A stretch of 41,541 bases of DNA from a virus (IMGVR_UViG_3300026187_000030:1-41541); one strand, 5' to 3'. Shown: positions 1-9,236, counted from the stretch's first letter. Numbers and translations are program-made. The notes: generated by a model not told the origin, from the sequence alone.

Positions 1-56
1 ATACCTTCAAGCAGTCCTAGATTTTCTCCCCAAGTGGCTATCTTTTCTTTTATCAT
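1..56 (-). CDS. 5' end of a gene running off the window edge (MIKEKIATWGENLGLLEG...), function unassigned
   Basis: ATG at 56-54 overlaps the TGA of 53..331 (ATGA coupling) and the frame is open to base 1. Too short to assign. Confidence 0.55.
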   Translation of the reverse strand, partial: MIKEKIATWGENLGLLEG

Positions 57-331
57 ACAAACAATCTCCACAATGCAATAATATTCATAGTAGAAAACCA
101 TGCTGTTAATACCATTACCCACACTGCTTGTCTATAATATGCACCAACAAAACCTGTCACACTGCCCACAAAATAAAAAGGAACAAATATATCTGGCCTA
201 GGTTCTAGTACTGTGTAAGTCAATATAGCACTGCCAGTAATTACAAATACAGCACTGATCATTTCCATATAAAAAGCCAATGGATTTGAATTATAACTGT
301 TGCTCCAGAATTGTTTTATTTTTTTAAGCAT
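53..331 (-). CDS. small integral membrane protein (about 3 TM helices)
   Basis: 92 aa with three hydrophobic stretches; overlaps both neighbouring genes. Confidence 0.75.
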   Translation of the reverse strand: MLKKIKQFWSNSYNSNPLAFYMEMISAVFVITGSAILTYTVLEPRPDIFVPFYFVGSVTGFVGAYYRQAVWVMVLTAWFSTMNIIALWRLFV

Positions 332-1052
332 TTACCACCTGTCCGTTTGTTTTGAAATAGTCAATCAGAAGGTAATCTCCTTGACATTTGTGTTTTATTT
401 GAGATCCATGTCTGAAACACACAGAGTGGACCGCATCATATATCTTTTTTTTAATTTCATTGTCTTCTGTTATATTTAATTTTGGTAATCCCAGTTTTAT
501 ATCTTCTCTGAATTTCACACCATTGTCACGCATCCAATCAAACAACTGCTGTTCTGAAAAATTATTGTCTATCATGAAAACTGAAAATTTATTCAAATTA
601 TAACCCTTAAAAAAATGTATCTGATCTATACTGTGTTCATCTACATTGGTAATGCCAATCAGTGCCTGTACTATGTGTAACAACGTCTGCTTTGACATCG
701 TGGAAATATCAGAGCCAAATTTCATTCCAATGTATTCCGCAATTCCTGATATATAACGCCGACTGGGATCTCTCAGGAATACCAGTTTCTTTTTGATATC
801 ATACAATTGATGTTCTAGCCTGTTGTTGGAGAACAAAAAATGATCACTCAACAGATTCTGCAGGCGCAGAAACTCAACGAAACTAGTTGACATACACTTG
901 GCTATAGAAAGGTATCCTAAATCGGTACCTACTATAGGCCACATTTGTCCTTCATTGAAATATATTGTACGATTTTCTAATTCTAATATCCCAGAATCTT
1001 GTATGCTATATTCGTACTTGCTAGGAAAACTGTGTGATATAATTTTTCTCAT
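324..1052 (-). CDS. sulfotransferase family 2-like protein
   Basis: 5'-PSB-like YLSIAKCMSTS and 3'-PB-like VFLRDPSRRYISG motifs, followed by DEHSIDQ. Confidence 0.65.
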   Translation of the reverse strand: MRKIISHSFPSKYEYSIQDSGILELENRTIYFNEGQMWPIVGTDLGYLSIAKCMSTSFVEFLRLQNLLSDHFLFSNNRLEHQLYDIKKKLVFLRDPSRRYISGIAEYIGMKFGSDISTMSKQTLLHIVQALIGITNVDEHSIDQIHFFKGYNLNKFSVFMIDNNFSEQQLFDWMRDNGVKFREDIKLGLPKLNITEDNEIKKKIYDAVHSVCFRHGSQIKHKCQGDYLLIDYFKTNGQVVNA

Positions 1053-1069
1053 ATTACTCTTTTCTTTAA

Positions 1070-1352
1070 TGCAACTTTTCTGTTGCCAGGCAAGTTGCCA
1101 ACCCCGTTAGCCTAAATTAGGCCGCAAGTGCTAGATTTTCATCTGCATTTGTAAGTTTGTTGCGTTAACCGAGCTTCCGCCGAACAACTCCATTGCCTTT
1201 TTAATCGCCGTCGATCCTGGTTCACCCCCATCATAAGCACTCTGTTTAGTTCTTGCGATCCACCCTCGTCAGGTTGGGATAGAGTGCTTATGGTGGAGGT
1301 GGTCGGTACTGCCCCGACGTCCGCACAACCTATTACAACAATTTCAACATTG
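1070..1352 (-). ncRNA. ssrA: two-piece (circularly permuted) tmRNA, alphaproteobacterial type; tag (A)ADENLALAA*
   Basis: Minus strand order: T-arm GTCGG-GGCAGTA-CCGAC plus CACCTCC-A-CCA (1318-1291), a 61-nt intervening segment, then GGGGGTGAACCAGGATCGAC starting at 1229. The acceptor stem has the Ala G3:U70 pair. Tag frame 1146-1117 is GCA GAT GAA AAT CTA GCA CTT GCG GCC TAA. A CCTGGCAACAGAA element lies near the 3' end. Outer ends are approximate. Confidence 0.93.
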
Positions 1353-1357
1353 CAAAA

Positions 1358-1388
1358 TATTTATAACACAGGTTTTTGAGTTTGTCAA
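1358..1388 (-). promoter_or_regulatory. composite promoter for tmRNA: sigma70-like TTGACA-17-TATAAA overlapping T4 late-type TATAAATA
   Basis: TTGACA at 1388-1383, 17-nt spacer, TATAAATA at 1365-1358. Confidence 0.75.
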
Positions 1389-1394
1389 GTTGGA

Positions 1395-1703
1395 TTATTC
1401 AAAGTCAAGATACAGTGTGTATTTTGCTGTGAGTTCATCACCTGCTTTGATTGGTTTTATTGTGGTCAAATAACACACTGGTATTTGATGCCAAAACCCT
1501 TTTACATTTTTACAATTAGGATTGTCTGAATGATTATAAAAGGCACCTAGTGCAGTTCTAATGTATCCATGTGGAAAATTTTTATTTTCAATATGTACAA
1601 TACCAAGTACAACATCAGCATCAAAATTTTTTGTGGCAAAAAGACCTAACCCTTGTAAATCTGATTGTTTAATTGTCAATCCATCTGGTAAAGGTCTATA
1701 CAT
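1395..1703 (-). CDS. minimal SET-domain protein (putative lysine methyltransferase)
   Basis: GLGLFAT, FYNHSDNPNC and IKAGDELTAKY SET signature motifs. Confidence 0.85.
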   Translation of the reverse strand: MYRPLPDGLTIKQSDLQGLGLFATKNFDADVVLGIVHIENKNFPHGYIRTALGAFYNHSDNPNCKNVKGFWHQIPVCYLTTIKPIKAGDELTAKYTLYLDFE

Positions 1704-1704
1704 G

Positions 1705-2637
1705 TTACAGTGTTGTTTTTAAATTATTAATTGTTTGTGTAGTTGCAATTGCAGAATTAATCAAATATGCCGCACAAGGATCTTGCATCAATCCAGCCAG
1801 TAATCCAGCCAGTGCCGCTTGTTTTAATAATTCTAAAAACCTACCTAAGTTTGCTAAATCGTTTTTGATAAGATCAATTATTAATTTTGCTAATCCAATA
1901 ATTGCCAATGCCATTCCTAAAATACCTATAGCACTTTTTAACTTGCCAAGAATTTCTCCAAGTATCTGTCCTGCTTTAAACAAAGCACCTAGCATGTCTT
2001 CCATAAATTTACATGGTCCACTTGACACTGCTGGAACACTAGCAAGTGTGGTTGCTAATGAATTAATACTGCTCAATGCACTCAGATAAGTGCCAATTGT
2101 AGGCACTGCAACACCGCCCGGAGAACCTGCTGTTGTTGGAATACTAACACCGTAATTTGGATAAATGGCCTCATTGCCCATTACAAGCCATTGAGCATTT
2201 GGGTTTGCATACTCTGTTATACACATTCCACTTTGTCTGGCCTGTAACCAAGTTAAATCTTTCAAAGCACCTTCAACAAAATTAATATCATTAATTTCCA
2301 TTGCAGTTAGTTTTCTATCAGGTTGTCCTGGTCCAATCAATGCACCTGACACAACTGCTCGTTGATTTATATCACTATGATCCCAACCATCTGGTAACAA
2401 CACTTTTTGTTGTTGAATAATTTGAGCAATTTCTTTTAAAGTATTTTCATGTGGATTTTTAAATCCAGCATAGGCTTTACAATCTCTACCCCATGGGTCA
2501 ACATGATCTACAACATTAAGAGCACCACTGGCAATTAACTTTTTTTGAACTTCAGAAATTTGTATAGTGTTTGGAGTAATATCTGTTGGAAAGTTTAAAC
2601 TGTCTGTTTGTAATCCTGGTATTGTTTTTCCGACCAT
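1705..2637 (-). CDS. hypothetical PAAR-associated protein, probably a virion/tail component with a hydrophobic helical C-terminus
   Basis: 310-aa ORF with an AGGA SD, directly downstream of PAAR; Gly/Ala/Leu-rich amphipathic C-terminal third. Confidence 0.55.
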   Translation of the reverse strand: MVGKTIPGLQTDSLNFPTDITPNTIQISEVQKKLIASGALNVVDHVDPWGRDCKAYAGFKNPHENTLKEIAQIIQQQKVLLPDGWDHSDINQRAVVSGALIGPGQPDRKLTAMEINDINFVEGALKDLTWLQARQSGMCITEYANPNAQWLVMGNEAIYPNYGVSIPTTAGSPGGVAVPTIGTYLSALSSINSLATTLASVPAVSSGPCKFMEDMLGALFKAGQILGEILGKLKSAIGILGMALAIIGLAKLIIDLIKNDLANLGRFLELLKQAALAGLLAGLMQDPCAAYLINSAIATTQTINNLKTTL

Positions 2638-2646
2638 ATCTAATTC

Positions 2647-2934
2647 CTATCCTGCGTAAACACTGTCACTGCCTGTGCTAACTGAACTGCCACAAGCAAC
2701 TGGATCTGTAATTCTTCCCACTGCTAATCCGTTAGCAAATACTGTAGATGACCCTGATTGTAATGTACTACCATGACATGCTGGACCACAACAATGTACT
2801 GACCAACCATCAGTTTGTCTGTGTACAGGAATAGCATTTGCAAAAACATTTGGACTTGCACCATTACTTGCTCTTGGTGGCCAACATCCATGCCCTGTAC
2901 AAATATCGCCTAATCTAGTTACTGGTTGTGTCAT
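2647..2934 (-). CDS. PAAR-repeat baseplate spike tip protein (T4 gp5.4-like)
   Basis: PVTRLGD, PVHRQTD and AVGRITDPVACGS repeats; His/Cys metal ligands; ends GSDSVYAG. Confidence 0.92.
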   Translation of the reverse strand: MTQPVTRLGDICTGHGCWPPRASNGASPNVFANAIPVHRQTDGWSVHCCGPACHGSTLQSGSSTVFANGLAVGRITDPVACGSSVSTGSDSVYAG

Positions 2935-2955
2935 TTGTTTATACCTTAATAATAG

Positions 2956-2961
2956 TATTTA
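2956..2961 (-). promoter_or_regulatory. late promoter box TAAATA upstream of PAAR
   Basis: AATAAATACT, followed by an AAGGT SD and the ATG at 2934. Confidence 0.6.
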
Positions 2962-3270
2962 TTAAGTGATAATTGACTGTTTTGGAGGCTGTACTATTTT
3001 TGATGTGCTTTGTGTATAAACTTCAGCGGCTTGTTTATTTGCTTTTGCTACAGTAATAATAACTTTTTTATCAAATACAAATTCTGCGTCAGCATCAGCC
3101 ATTAACATATATGCTGTCATACCCGCACCATTTGGTCCCATTGCCAATGCTAGAGGTTTTGATACCACAAAATTATATTGTGATTCTTCAACTAATTTAC
3201 AAATTACTTCATCACTACCTACTGTACGAAAAACAATTACATCATCTTTTTTTAATTTTTCTTTTAACAT
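2962..3270 (-). CDS. hypothetical phage protein (small beta-rich domain)
   Basis: 102-aa ORF with AAGGA SD following nrdB; ends in a QSIIT tail. Confidence 0.7.
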   Translation of the reverse strand: MLKEKLKKDDVIVFRTVGSDEVICKLVEESQYNFVVSKPLALAMGPNGAGMTAYMLMADADAEFVFDKKVIITVAKANKQAAEVYTQSTSKIVQPPKQSIIT

Positions 3271-3278
3271 AATTTCCT

Positions 3279-4379
3279 TTATAGTTTAAATCCTTTGAAT
3301 GTGTCTTTGTTTACGTCTTGTTTAACACCACCTACAATATAACTTTCAACTTCAGTTTCTTGTGGTGCTACTTGTAATCCTGAACTTGATAACCAATGCT
3401 GTGTCCACGGTAAAGGATTTTGAGTTACTGGTTGATCAAAAATAGGATCAAATCCTATTGCTTTCAATCTTTTGTTTGCAATAAATTCTACGTATCTATG
3501 TAACAGTGTTTCATTTAATCCAATAATAGATCCAGATTTAAACAGATGGTTTGCCCATGCTTTTTCTTCTTCAACACATGTTTTAAACATGTCATACACT
3601 GTGTCTTTTTCATTTTTTATTACTTTTAACATTTCAGTATCATCACCTTGTTGCCAATTTTTAATAATGTGTGTTGACAATGCTAAATGCTGAGATTCAT
3701 CTCTAGCAATTAATGAAATAATTTTAGCAGAACCTTCCATCAGTTTCAATTCACCAAATGCAAAAGTACAAGCAAAAGAAACATAAAATCTCAAACCTTC
3801 TAAAATGTTTACGTTTACCATTGCAAGATATAATTGACGTTTGACTTCTTTTATATCTCCTTTGCCTCTATGAAAATAATCTTCAGCAAGTTGGTTAAAC
3901 TTGTCATAGTTTTTAGTAACACTAATTGCTCTTTTTACAATTTCATCATCATTTAAAATTGTATCAAAAACTTCACTTGGATTTGAATAAACATTTTTCA
4001 TGATATGTGTGTATGAACGTGAATGAATAGTTTCAAAAAAGTCCCAAGTAATAATACAACCTTCAAGTTCTGGATTTGATACATAAGGTAAAAAAGCCAA
4101 ACTTGGACCACGTCCTTGAACTGAATCAAGTAATGTTTGGTATTTCAAATTTGATGTAAAAATATGTTTTTGTTCTGGTCTAAAATCTTGATAATCAGAA
4201 CGATCTTTTTGCAAACTAACTTCTTCTGGTCTCCAAAAATATCCCAGCATGGTTTGATTTAATTTATCTAATTGTGGATATTTAAAAATATCATATCTCT
4301 GAAGATTTTGGTCAGCACCAAAAAACATTGGTTCTTTAGTAAAGTCAATTTCGTTTCTATTAAAAACAGTCTTTGTCAT
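3279..4379 (-). CDS. nrdB: ribonucleotide reductase class Ia beta subunit
   Basis: FWRPEEV, LLDSVQGR, ETIHSRSY (radical Tyr), LEGLRFYVSFAC, IARDESQH, QVAPQETEVESY. Confidence 0.97.
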   Translation of the reverse strand: MTKTVFNRNEIDFTKEPMFFGADQNLQRYDIFKYPQLDKLNQTMLGYFWRPEEVSLQKDRSDYQDFRPEQKHIFTSNLKYQTLLDSVQGRGPSLAFLPYVSNPELEGCIITWDFFETIHSRSYTHIMKNVYSNPSEVFDTILNDDEIVKRAISVTKNYDKFNQLAEDYFHRGKGDIKEVKRQLYLAMVNVNILEGLRFYVSFACTFAFGELKLMEGSAKIISLIARDESQHLALSTHIIKNWQQGDDTEMLKVIKNEKDTVYDMFKTCVEEEKAWANHLFKSGSIIGLNETLLHRYVEFIANKRLKAIGFDPIFDQPVTQNPLPWTQHWLSSSGLQVAPQETEVESYIVGGVKQDVNKDTFKGFKL

Positions 4380-4393
4380 TATTCCCTCTTAAC

Positions 4394-6742
4394 TTATATT
4401 GTACAAGCTTCACAGTTTTCTTCATCTACTGCTACGTTATTACCTAGTATTTGTTGTCCTTCTTTTTCAAAAGTATTAAATTCTTCAGCCGCTTTTTCTG
4501 TTGGTACTTCAACTTCTGCTGGATCAGTTTTGAAATCATATGTGTTTTGATAGTAACTTGTTTTCCAACCTAATTTATAAGTTGTCAACAAATCTTTAAA
4601 CATCACACTGGTTGGAATTTCATTGTTTTCATACTGTGTTGGATTGTAACTCCAGTTTCCTGATATTGCTTGATCAAAGAACTTTTGCATCACAGCAACA
4701 ACATTGATATAACCGTCGTTGCCTTTCATATCCCATAACAGTGTGTAAAAGTTTTTCAACTGACTGTATTGTGGAACAATCTGTTTTAAAGGACCTTTTT
4801 TGCTTTTTTTAATACTCAAATATGCTCTTGGTGGTTCAATACCGTTGGTTGAATTACTAACAACGGAAGAACTTTCTGATGGCATTTGTGCTGACAGTGT
4901 TGAATGTCGCATACCACTAGCAACAACTTCTTTTCTCAATTTTTCCCAATTGAGTTTTAATTTTGAGTTACAAACTTCATCTAATTCTTTTTTATAATGA
5001 TCAATTGGTAACAATCCTTTTGAATATTTTGTTCTATCAAAATATTCACACTTGCCTTTTTCTTTTGCTAATTCAACTGATGCAGAAATCAAGTAATATT
5101 GAAATGCTTCTGTTAATTCATGTACAACTCTTAATGCACCTTTGTCACTGTAGTTTACTTGATGTTTTGCCAAATAATGTGCAAGACCAATATATCCAAT
5201 ACCTAAACTTCTACGTGCTTTTGTGCTGATCTCAGCCGCTTTTACAGGATACTTTTGATAATCAATAATTTCATCTAACGCTCTAACTGACAAGTCACAT
5301 AATTCTTCAAGTTCATCAAGATCTCTTAATTGTCCTACGTTGATTGCTGATAAAATACACAATGCAATTTCACCATCTCCGTCAATGTGTTCTATTGGTG
5401 TTGTGGGCAATGTAATTTCCTGACACAGATTAGACATACTAACTTTATCTAAAAACGAACTGTGTGAGTTAGCATGGTCAATATTCATAATGTAAATACG
5501 ACCTGTTTCTGCTCTTTCTTTTAAAAGTTCTCCAAACAGTTCTTGTGATGATATTTTTGTTTTCTTTATGCTTGTTTTTCTTTCTGCTTTTTCGTACATG
5601 TCATCAAATTGATCTGTTCCAAATGCTTCATATAAACCAGGAACATCATGTGGTGAAAACAAAGTTATATCTTCATTGTTTAAAAATCTTTCATAAAATA
5701 ATTTTGATATCTGAATTGAATAATCAAGTTTACGTACTCTGTTGTCTTCTGTGCCTTTGTTGTTTTTTAATACAAGAATGTCTTTGATTTCTTGATGCCA
5801 AATAGGGAAATGAACTGTGGCACTACCACCACGTACTCCGTTTTGTGTACAACATCTTACAGTTGATTCAAATTTCTTAAGAAAAGGAATCACACCTGTG
5901 TGTGCAACTTCACCACCACGTATTTTTGAATTGATACCTCTAATTCTACTTGCATTGATTCCAATGCCGGCTCTTTGTGCAATATATCTACCAATGGCCA
6001 TATCACTTGAAAAGATTGATGGTAGCGAATCGTTAACATCAACAAGAACACAACTTGCAAATTGTTTCATTGGTGTACGCACACCTGCCATTACAGGTGT
6101 AGGAATATTAATTTTAAACTGAGATACTGCATTATAATATTTTTTGATATATTTCATTCTAGTATCTCTAGGATAATCTGCAAACAGTGTTGCTGAAATC
6201 ATCATGTACATGTATTGTGGTGTTTCAAAAATTGATCCACTGCTACGATCTTGTACAAGATATTTGTCAACTACTTGCCTTAGACCTGCGTATGTAAAAT
6301 TCCAATCTCTATCATGTCTCATATATGAGTCTAATTTGGCCCATTCGTCATCACTATATTTTTCTAAAATAGCTCTGTCATATACACCTCTTTCAATGTT
6401 TCTAGCAACAACAAATCTCAAAGGAGTGTGTGCATCAGATGGTGTAAATTTACCAAACACATGTTTCTGTAAACTGAAAAGTAAAAGTCTTGCCGCAACA
6501 TATTGATAGTTTGGTGACTCTAAACTGATTAAATCATTTGCTGACTTAATTAAAATTTCTTGTATTTCATTTGTGGTCATGCTGTCGGTAAATTGTAGTC
6601 CCGAATTCATTTCAACCTCAGATGAACTAACACCATTCAAACCTTCACAAGCCGCTTCAGTCATTTTGTGAACTTTGTTTATGTTTAGTATTTCTTTTGT
6701 GCCGTCTCTTTTGATGATGTATAGTTCTGTGTTCTTATTCAT
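4394..6742 (-). CDS. nrdA: ribonucleotide reductase class Ia alpha subunit with ATP-cone
   Basis: IIKRDG ATP-cone, PTPVMAG, FASCVL, SNLCQEI, C-terminal CEAC. Start moved to the ATG at 6742, which has a GGAG SD. Confidence 0.97.
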   Translation of the reverse strand: MNKNTELYIIKRDGTKEILNINKVHKMTEAACEGLNGVSSSEVEMNSGLQFTDSMTTNEIQEILIKSANDLISLESPNYQYVAARLLLFSLQKHVFGKFTPSDAHTPLRFVVARNIERGVYDRAILEKYSDDEWAKLDSYMRHDRDWNFTYAGLRQVVDKYLVQDRSSGSIFETPQYMYMMISATLFADYPRDTRMKYIKKYYNAVSQFKINIPTPVMAGVRTPMKQFASCVLVDVNDSLPSIFSSDMAIGRYIAQRAGIGINASRIRGINSKIRGGEVAHTGVIPFLKKFESTVRCCTQNGVRGGSATVHFPIWHQEIKDILVLKNNKGTEDNRVRKLDYSIQISKLFYERFLNNEDITLFSPHDVPGLYEAFGTDQFDDMYEKAERKTSIKKTKISSQELFGELLKERAETGRIYIMNIDHANSHSSFLDKVSMSNLCQEITLPTTPIEHIDGDGEIALCILSAINVGQLRDLDELEELCDLSVRALDEIIDYQKYPVKAAEISTKARRSLGIGYIGLAHYLAKHQVNYSDKGALRVVHELTEAFQYYLISASVELAKEKGKCEYFDRTKYSKGLLPIDHYKKELDEVCNSKLKLNWEKLRKEVVASGMRHSTLSAQMPSESSSVVSNSTNGIEPPRAYLSIKKSKKGPLKQIVPQYSQLKNFYTLLWDMKGNDGYINVVAVMQKFFDQAISGNWSYNPTQYENNEIPTSVMFKDLLTTYKLGWKTSYYQNTYDFKTDPAEVEVPTEKAAEEFNTFEKEGQQILGNNVAVDEENCEACTI

Positions 6743-6771
6743 TTTTTCTCCAAAAACATTAGTCAACAATG

Positions 6772-6822
6772 TATTTACCTTAATTTTTTAATATTTTATG
6801 ATATCAACCAGTGGTTTGTCAA
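6772..6822 (-). promoter_or_regulatory. nrdA promoters: sigma70-like TTGACA-18-TAAAAT and late TAAATA
   Basis: TTGACA 6822-6817, TAAAAT 6798-6793, TAAATA 6777-6772. Confidence 0.6.
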
Positions 6823-6853
6823 GATATCTTTGCAATGATATTTAATTTTTTTG

Positions 6854-8125
6854 TTAAGAAGTTAACCAACGTTTTAATACATACGACATTGATGCATCTG
6901 TAGTTAGATTGCTGTTTGTGTAGTTTAATGCAATGGTTGTTCCTGACACAGTTGGAGTGGAAAATACAACTGCTGATGTATCATTTGTTTCAATCCTGTC
7001 GTCCATGTACTCAATATTTGTGCTATCTGGATGGTCAGATATTATTTTAATAGTTCCTACTGCATATGCAGTGCCTATTTTTAATGAGTAATCAATGATA
7101 ACAGTGTTTTCTGTTTGACCATTAAAATTTGTAACAGTTGCTGATGTGTTAGCAGTTAAAGTTTTTCTAATTAAACCATTTGTTGCAATGTATTGATTAC
7201 TTGTTAATGATGGCTTAGAATCTTGTGTAAAAATTTTTATATTACTTGCAACAGATGTTTGTGAAGTACCAAGTGCAATGTTAAGAAACGTTGACAATGT
7301 TAATGCCTGCGTAGGAGAATCAGTTTCAATTAACAATGTGCCAGGTACAAAAAGAGAACCTACTGCATAACCTAACTGTGTAATTGCACCTCTGATATCT
7401 AATGTGGTGTTTGTACCAGTGTTTGAAAAACAGTCAATATAATCAGCACTGCCACTTGCACCTGATGTTGTTAATAAAGATGTTTCAATTTGAGACTGTG
7501 TATAACCTGATGATCCAATATCAATAAATCCTGTTCCTGTTGTTAAATCAATGTAAAGTTGATTTGTTGATAAAGACTGATCAGTTACTAGATTTGGAAA
7601 TTGGTTTTTGACTTTTGCTACGATTTCGTTTGATGTCCATTTTGATACAACAATTGTAGAATTTTGTTCCGGTATTGCTGAAGCAACAAAAGTTACTGTG
7701 AGATCATTTCCTGCTACAGACACTGTGTACTGTGAACTTTCTATAAAAGTTGGCACATTGTTAATATCAAACTTTGTAACTACAATGTCATCTGCATCAA
7801 CTGGTGTAGATTTAGTTGACGGTAATGTTAATGCTGTACCACCGTTTAAAACTGTTGATGATGCATCTGTGCCATTACCTTGAAAACTTTGAGTTTCTGC
7901 TAGTTTAAACATTACTAATCTATTATCAATCAAAGACTGTGATTGTAGTTCAGCATTTAAAAAACTATCTATTTGTACCATACGGTTCTTTGAATCTTGT
8001 GAACCAGTACCAATATATAGTTCTCGTGTATCTGTTGCTAAACCTATTTCACCTTCTGCAAGAGGCTGTGGCAAGTTTTCCCTGTTTCCTCTACGGTTTT
8101 TTAATCTTACATAAGTCGTTGTCAT
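6854..8125 (-). CDS. virion structural/tail-fibre-like protein with an Mtd_N/hyaluronidase-N type N-terminal domain
   Basis: N-terminal RRG...LPQPLAEGEIGLATDTRELYIG motif; Thr/Ser/Asn-rich beta composition; TAAATA at 8154-8149 upstream. Confidence 0.75.
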   Translation of the reverse strand: MTTTYVRLKNRRGNRENLPQPLAEGEIGLATDTRELYIGTGSQDSKNRMVQIDSFLNAELQSQSLIDNRLVMFKLAETQSFQGNGTDASSTVLNGGTALTLPSTKSTPVDADDIVVTKFDINNVPTFIESSQYTVSVAGNDLTVTFVASAIPEQNSTIVVSKWTSNEIVAKVKNQFPNLVTDQSLSTNQLYIDLTTGTGFIDIGSSGYTQSQIETSLLTTSGASGSADYIDCFSNTGTNTTLDIRGAITQLGYAVGSLFVPGTLLIETDSPTQALTLSTFLNIALGTSQTSVASNIKIFTQDSKPSLTSNQYIATNGLIRKTLTANTSATVTNFNGQTENTVIIDYSLKIGTAYAVGTIKIISDHPDSTNIEYMDDRIETNDTSAVVFSTPTVSGTTIALNYTNSNLTTDASMSYVLKRWLTS

Positions 8126-8151
8126 ATTATTGTCCTAAACTATACTGTTAT

Positions 8152-8826
8152 TTAGTTTGTTTTGTAGTATTGTTCTACTTTATCAAGCCACATATCTGTG
8201 TATTTTTTAAATTCTTCGCCTTTGACTGTAAATTCTTGGTATTCTCCTGAATGTGATACTATAAAAATTAACCCAGCACTTATATCTGTGTTATATATTT
8301 CGTTGTGAGCAAGGGCATAAGCGGCGCATTGCATAAAATAATCCTCAACCCATTCTCGCTTTTTGACCTGTCTTGATGTTTTAAAATCACCAATTACAGG
8401 CTCACCTTTATATGTGCAAATCATGTCAGCCGTTCCGGCATACAATCCAGGAAAGCACAAACTCTGCTCAATCGCCCATACTTCATCAACACTGGTCATA
8501 CCATTTTCAATAATGATATCACTCAATTGTTTGGCCTGTTGATAAATCAAATTACTGCCTTTTGGACGATCAACACCTTCAATAAAACATTCTAAATGTT
8601 TGTGTGTAATTGTTCCTATATTAGCAGATTCTGTGACAATACGTTGAGCTTCTTGATTACCAACTCTTTTTTTCCATTTGTTTAAACCAGTCATATCTTT
8701 TAAATGTGACAACACCGTTGTAACTGACGGGACAGGTTTTCCGTTGTTGTCTAGATAGTGACGCTTACCTTCTATGGTAGTTCTTTTCAAATTGTGATAA
8801 TCAAATTTTTTTACTAATAATGACAT
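8152..8826 (-). CDS. PD-(D/E)xK exonuclease
   Basis: PSVTTVL, GTITHKHLE, AGTAD, IGDFKTS, QCAAYA motifs. Confidence 0.88.
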   Translation of the reverse strand: MSLLVKKFDYHNLKRTTIEGKRHYLDNNGKPVPSVTTVLSHLKDMTGLNKWKKRVGNQEAQRIVTESANIGTITHKHLECFIEGVDRPKGSNLIYQQAKQLSDIIIENGMTSVDEVWAIEQSLCFPGLYAGTADMICTYKGEPVIGDFKTSRQVKKREWVEDYFMQCAAYALAHNEIYNTDISAGLIFIVSHSGEYQEFTVKGEEFKKYTDMWLDKVEQYYKTN

Positions 8827-8843
8827 TTTGTTTCCAATAGTTA

Positions 8844-8872
8844 ATATTAAACTTTTTCGCTGAGAAATGCAA
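8844..8872 (-). promoter_or_regulatory. sigma70-like promoter TTGCAT-17-TAATAT for the exonuclease
   Basis: Exact 17-nt spacing in the intergenic gap. Confidence 0.6.
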
Positions 8873-8896
8873 GAATTAAATTTAAAAATAAATTCA

Positions 8897-9232
8897 CTAT
8901 TTTAATGATTTAGCAATGGATTTACTTGCCAGTTTGTCAACTACTTTTTCATTGTCCATTTTACCATCATCGCTGTACGTTGTTAAATTTACGTCTTTGT
9001 TGATTTTTATTTCTTTGTCATTAACACTTTGTATAAGATTTGAATCTTTTAATAAATCTTGTAAAGAACCAACAGTTACATTGTGTCCCATGCTTGATAA
9101 TTCATTAATAAATTCATTAGTATCAATTGTGTCTTTCTTTTGTGCAATCAAAGACATCAAAAGATTCTTTGCATCTGTTTTGATTTTTGTAAAATAGTTT
9201 TCTTTTACTGATTGTAGTTCAGACAAACGCAT
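8897..9232 (-). CDS. hypothetical protein, probable head-internal protein
   Basis: 111 aa; MRLSELQSVKE leader shared in pattern with neighbours. Confidence 0.7.
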   Translation of the reverse strand: MRLSELQSVKENYFTKIKTDAKNLLMSLIAQKKDTIDTNEFINELSSMGHNVTVGSLQDLLKDSNLIQSVNDKEIKINKDVNLTTYSDDGKMDNEKVVDKLASKSIAKSLK

Positions 9233-9236
9233 TGCA

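Noticed and set aside
1-56. SufE-like identity for the partial ORF
   Set aside because: Only 18 residues are visible, too few to support a call.
1250-1275. CTGACGAG on the minus strand resembling a hammerhead ribozyme core (CUGANGA)
   Set aside because: No GAAA partner or three-stem geometry can be built; it reads better as a hairpin loop in the tmRNA intervening segment.
1291-1320. tRNA-Ala-like 3' half suggesting a tRNA gene or prophage att site
   Set aside because: Its 5' half lies downstream with a tag reading frame, so it is permuted tmRNA. No integrase or duplicated att is in the window.
8152-8826. Possible Cas4 and CRISPR link
   Set aside because: It lacks the four-Cys Fe-S motif, and no repeat-spacer array was seen anywhere in the window.
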